Origin: Spirochaetaceae bacterium
Lineage (GTDB): Bacteria; Spirochaetota; Spirochaetia; DSM-2461
Assembly (NCBI GenBank): GCA_051531975.1
Contig: JAOPTT010000006.1
Coordinates: 654,977 to 718,976 of the forward strand
DNA: 64,000 bases
Direction: 5' to 3'
Part shown: positions 61,447-64,000 of the stretch, piece by piece
Position numbering within the stretch: the stretch's first letter is position 1
Layout: every line of letters begins with the position of its first letter
Notes under the pieces: model-generated
Seen by the model: the letters and a program-made list of their open reading frames with translations, nothing else
Databases searched by the model: none
Told to the model about the DNA's origin: nothing
Made by a program: the position numbers and the translations under genes

Positions 61447-63002
61447 GGATTTATTATTCCCAACTGGGTGGCTTTATTATTAACCTCATCTATTGCCATA
61501 TCCAATCCCTCATCCTGTAGCAGTTTAATCTGTTTTTCCCACTCTTTTATTGGATCATCTGCTATAGATACATTAAGTATGGTATCAAATATAGCATCAC
61601 CTTTCTCAAATTTTGATTTAGTTGGAGTATTTAAATATTGTATATCCATATTTACAGGACTTAAATACTCTCTGTTTTTTTCATATAAATCCAAGCAACT
61701 CTCCATTATATTTTTTTTATATATAGCAAGAGAATATTCATCTACAATCCAGTTACTGATATCCCCACCCCAGGAAGGTAGATCGATAAAAATATTTAAT
61801 GAAGGGTATTTTTTATTCATGTCTGAACTATCAATAATATTGATAACTCCATCTTCTAATGTAAAGTCTACACCAGGTATTCCATATTTAATGGAATTTT
61901 GTCCCTCTTCAGATAACAGGTAATCATATAGACTTAATATTTTCTCCATTTTTTTATCAGATACATTAGAACTGAAAAAACTTGATGACCAGAAATTTTT
62001 ACCTTCATGGAAAGAGTATCGATATCCTTCTTCATTTTTCCAAATTGGAAGGAACTCAATTACATCTGATAGGTCTGTATCATTATACCGTAACCATAAA
62101 TCAGATAAACTATATATTACTCTTGGTTTAATCTGGGTAAACAACATTCCTGTTTTCCCCAAACAAAAATTAAATTTACCCTCTTCCCCCGATAAAGATA
62201 AAAGCTGTGGATCTAAAAGCTCTTCTTTCCAAAGTCTGTTTAATTCCATTATACCTGTAACCATATTTTTAGAAATATATCCTGGAATCCACTTATTATC
62301 TTCAAATTTCCATGTTTTACTGGCTGCTTCAGGCACAGATGATAAAAAAACAGTTGAAGTATACTGTTTATTAGCAAAAGTTATTCCTGTTGTATCGTCA
62401 ATTCCATTTCCATCAGGATCATTTTCTTTAAAAGCTTTTGCTAGAGAGACGTACTCTTCAAATGTTTCTGGGATGTCTAATCCCAGTTTAACTCTCCAGT
62501 CCTTTCTTGAGACAATCCCTCTTTCTGCAGAATTATATGTAGAATCTAGGGCATTAATTCTTGGAAAAAGATATAACTTTCCATAGGTACTAAGGTTCTT
62601 AATTCCTTCCTGTTCAGTGATAGATTTAATATATGGATATTTACTTAGATCAGCTGGTAATGACCTGATTTGATTATTATCTATCCAGCTATAATATTCA
62701 TCTGATAACATAAAACTACCAACAAATATATCAGGAAGTTTATTAGAGGCAGCCCAATAAAGAATTTTTTGATTATATTCAGCCCATGTTAGGTTTTTTG
62801 GAACTATATTGATATTAAATTTTTCTTCTATAAATTTCAGGTAATCATCATTGTCACTAGTTAAAAATTTTTCTATTTCCCAAAAAGCCACCGATATATC
62901 AATAACCGGTGGCTTTTCTATCTGTGCTATTTTAATCTCCTCTTTAACAGTACAAGAGGAGATTATTAAAAGCATAAGGTTTAATTGTAATATTTTTCTC
63001 AT
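61443..63002 (-). CDS. Extracellular solute-binding lipoprotein (LplA-like)
   Basis: Lipobox-like 'IISSC'; 'RKDWRVKLGLDIPET', 'DPDGNGIDDT'. Confidence 0.85.
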   Translation of the reverse strand: MRKILQLNLMLLIISSCTVKEEIKIAQIEKPPVIDISVAFWEIEKFLTSDNDDYLKFIEEKFNINIVPKNLTWAEYNQKILYWAASNKLPDIFVGSFMLSDEYYSWIDNNQIRSLPADLSKYPYIKSITEQEGIKNLSTYGKLYLFPRINALDSTYNSAERGIVSRKDWRVKLGLDIPETFEEYVSLAKAFKENDPDGNGIDDTTGITFANKQYTSTVFLSSVPEAASKTWKFEDNKWIPGYISKNMVTGIMELNRLWKEELLDPQLLSLSGEEGKFNFCLGKTGMLFTQIKPRVIYSLSDLWLRYNDTDLSDVIEFLPIWKNEEGYRYSFHEGKNFWSSSFFSSNVSDKKMEKILSLYDYLLSEEGQNSIKYGIPGVDFTLEDGVINIIDSSDMNKKYPSLNIFIDLPSWGGDISNWIVDEYSLAIYKKNIMESCLDLYEKNREYLSPVNMDIQYLNTPTKSKFEKGDAIFDTILNVSIADDPIKEWEKQIKLLQDEGLDMAIDEVNNKATQLGIINP

Positions 63003-63042
63003 TAAATTAATGCTATCAGGGAATTAACCTTAATGCAATATA

Positions 63043-64000
63043 TTATTTAATCCCTAACTCTTTAGCTTTCTGATTTACTTCTTCAATTGCACCATCTAAA
63101 CCTTCAGCTCTTAACTGATCCATCTGGTTGTTCCATTCAGTTTCAGGATCATCTGAAATCATTGCAACTATAACTGAATCAAATATTAAATCCCCTCGCT
63201 CGAATTTAGCCTTATTTGGAGTACTTAAGTATTGAATACCCATATTAACAGGACTTAAACTGTTTTTGCTATCATCATACTGATTGATACAAACATCCAT
63301 AACATCTTCAGGATACATTGCTAATGAAAATCCATCTTTAACCCAAACGCTCATGTCATTAAACCATACAGGAAGACCTCTAAATATCCCTATTGAAGGA
63401 TATTTTTTCTCAAGATCAACAGACTTATCGTTAACTGTTACATCGTTACCATTATCTGTCATATCTATACCAGGAATACCAAATTTAAGTATATTTACTC
63501 CCTCAGTAGATAATAAGAAGTTATAGATCTCCATGATTTTAGCCATTTTTTCGTCTGATACATGTGCACTAAAATAACTTGATGACCAGAAGTTTTTACC
63601 TTCGTGGAAAGCGTATCTTTTACCTTCTTCATTTTTCCATATTGGTAAGAACTCTATTTTATCAGTTAAATCAGAATCATTATATTTTTCCCAAAGTTCT
63701 GAAATATCTTTAAGTTTATTAGCTTTAGCACCAGTAAATAACATACCTGTATTACCCTGTGCAAATACCTCATTACCCTCTTTACCATTATATGATAAAA
63801 CATCACCATCAACTACTCCAGACTTCCAAAGTGTATTAAGTTCTTTAATTCCTTTAACCATATCTTTTGATGCATATCCAGGAATCCATTTACCATCTTC
63901 TTTTTTCCATGTTTTACTTGCAGCTTCAGGCACAGTTGAAAGTAGTGCCATTGATACTAACGCTTTAGACCTGAAAGTCATACCAATTGTATCATTTACT
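63043..64000 (-). CDS. Extracellular solute-binding protein, paralog of the preceding gene (5' end outside the window)
   Basis: Shares 'VPEAASKTWK', 'EFLPIWKNEEG.RY.FHEGKNFWSSS' and 'LSPVNM.IQYL' with 61443-63002. Confidence 0.85.
   Translation of the reverse strand, partial: VNDTIGMTFRSKALVSMALLSTVPEAASKTWKKEDGKWIPGYASKDMVKGIKELNTLWKSGVVDGDVLSYNGKEGNEVFAQGNTGMLFTGAKANKLKDISELWEKYNDSDLTDKIEFLPIWKNEEGKRYAFHEGKNFWSSSYFSAHVSDEKMAKIMEIYNFLLSTEGVNILKFGIPGIDMTDNGNDVTVNDKSVDLEKKYPSIGIFRGLPVWFNDMSVWVKDGFSLAMYPEDVMDVCINQYDDSKNSLSPVNMGIQYLSTPNKAKFERGDLIFDSVIVAMISDDPETEWNNQMDQLRAEGLDGAIEEVNQKAKELGIK

Noticed and set aside
5378..63526. Numerous short antisense ORFs in the track (e.g. 5378-5749, 25926-26336, 27917-28333, 61468-61923)
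   Set aside because: They are shadow frames opposite well-supported genes.

Overview
Strongly AT-rich bacterial chromosome segment; gene content is compatible with a free-living spirochaete, but that is inference. The window has two parts. (1) About 1-23.5 kb is an accessory/defence island. It holds a Rep_trans-like replication protein next to three large hairpins, an RnlA-like ORF, DUF2971, an ApeA-like HEPN protein, AbiF with its upstream RNA hairpin, FicA/FicT, two MNT-HEPN toxin-antitoxin pairs and many decayed genes. The island is punctuated by five complete copies and one partial copy of a ~157-bp non-coding unit: a 9-bp direct-repeat pair, two blocks of four TACAAA-like motifs at exact 10-bp spacing, then the 3' end of tmRNA (TTCGATTCCCTCCACCTCCA). 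These look like tyrosine-recombinase att sites. They cut the region into integrase-less cassettes of 0.9-9 kb, an integron-like accretion array at ssrA, which is the main finding. No integrase or intact ssrA lies in the window. (2) About 23.5-64 kb is ordinary metabolic and regulatory DNA: pntAB, marR-lon, signalling proteins, a two-component system with dipZ-msrB-msrA, a sugar ABC/isomerase cluster, a GH3 glucosidase, a YesMN-like pair and two solute-binding proteins. All assignments come from reading motifs by eye; no database searches were run.
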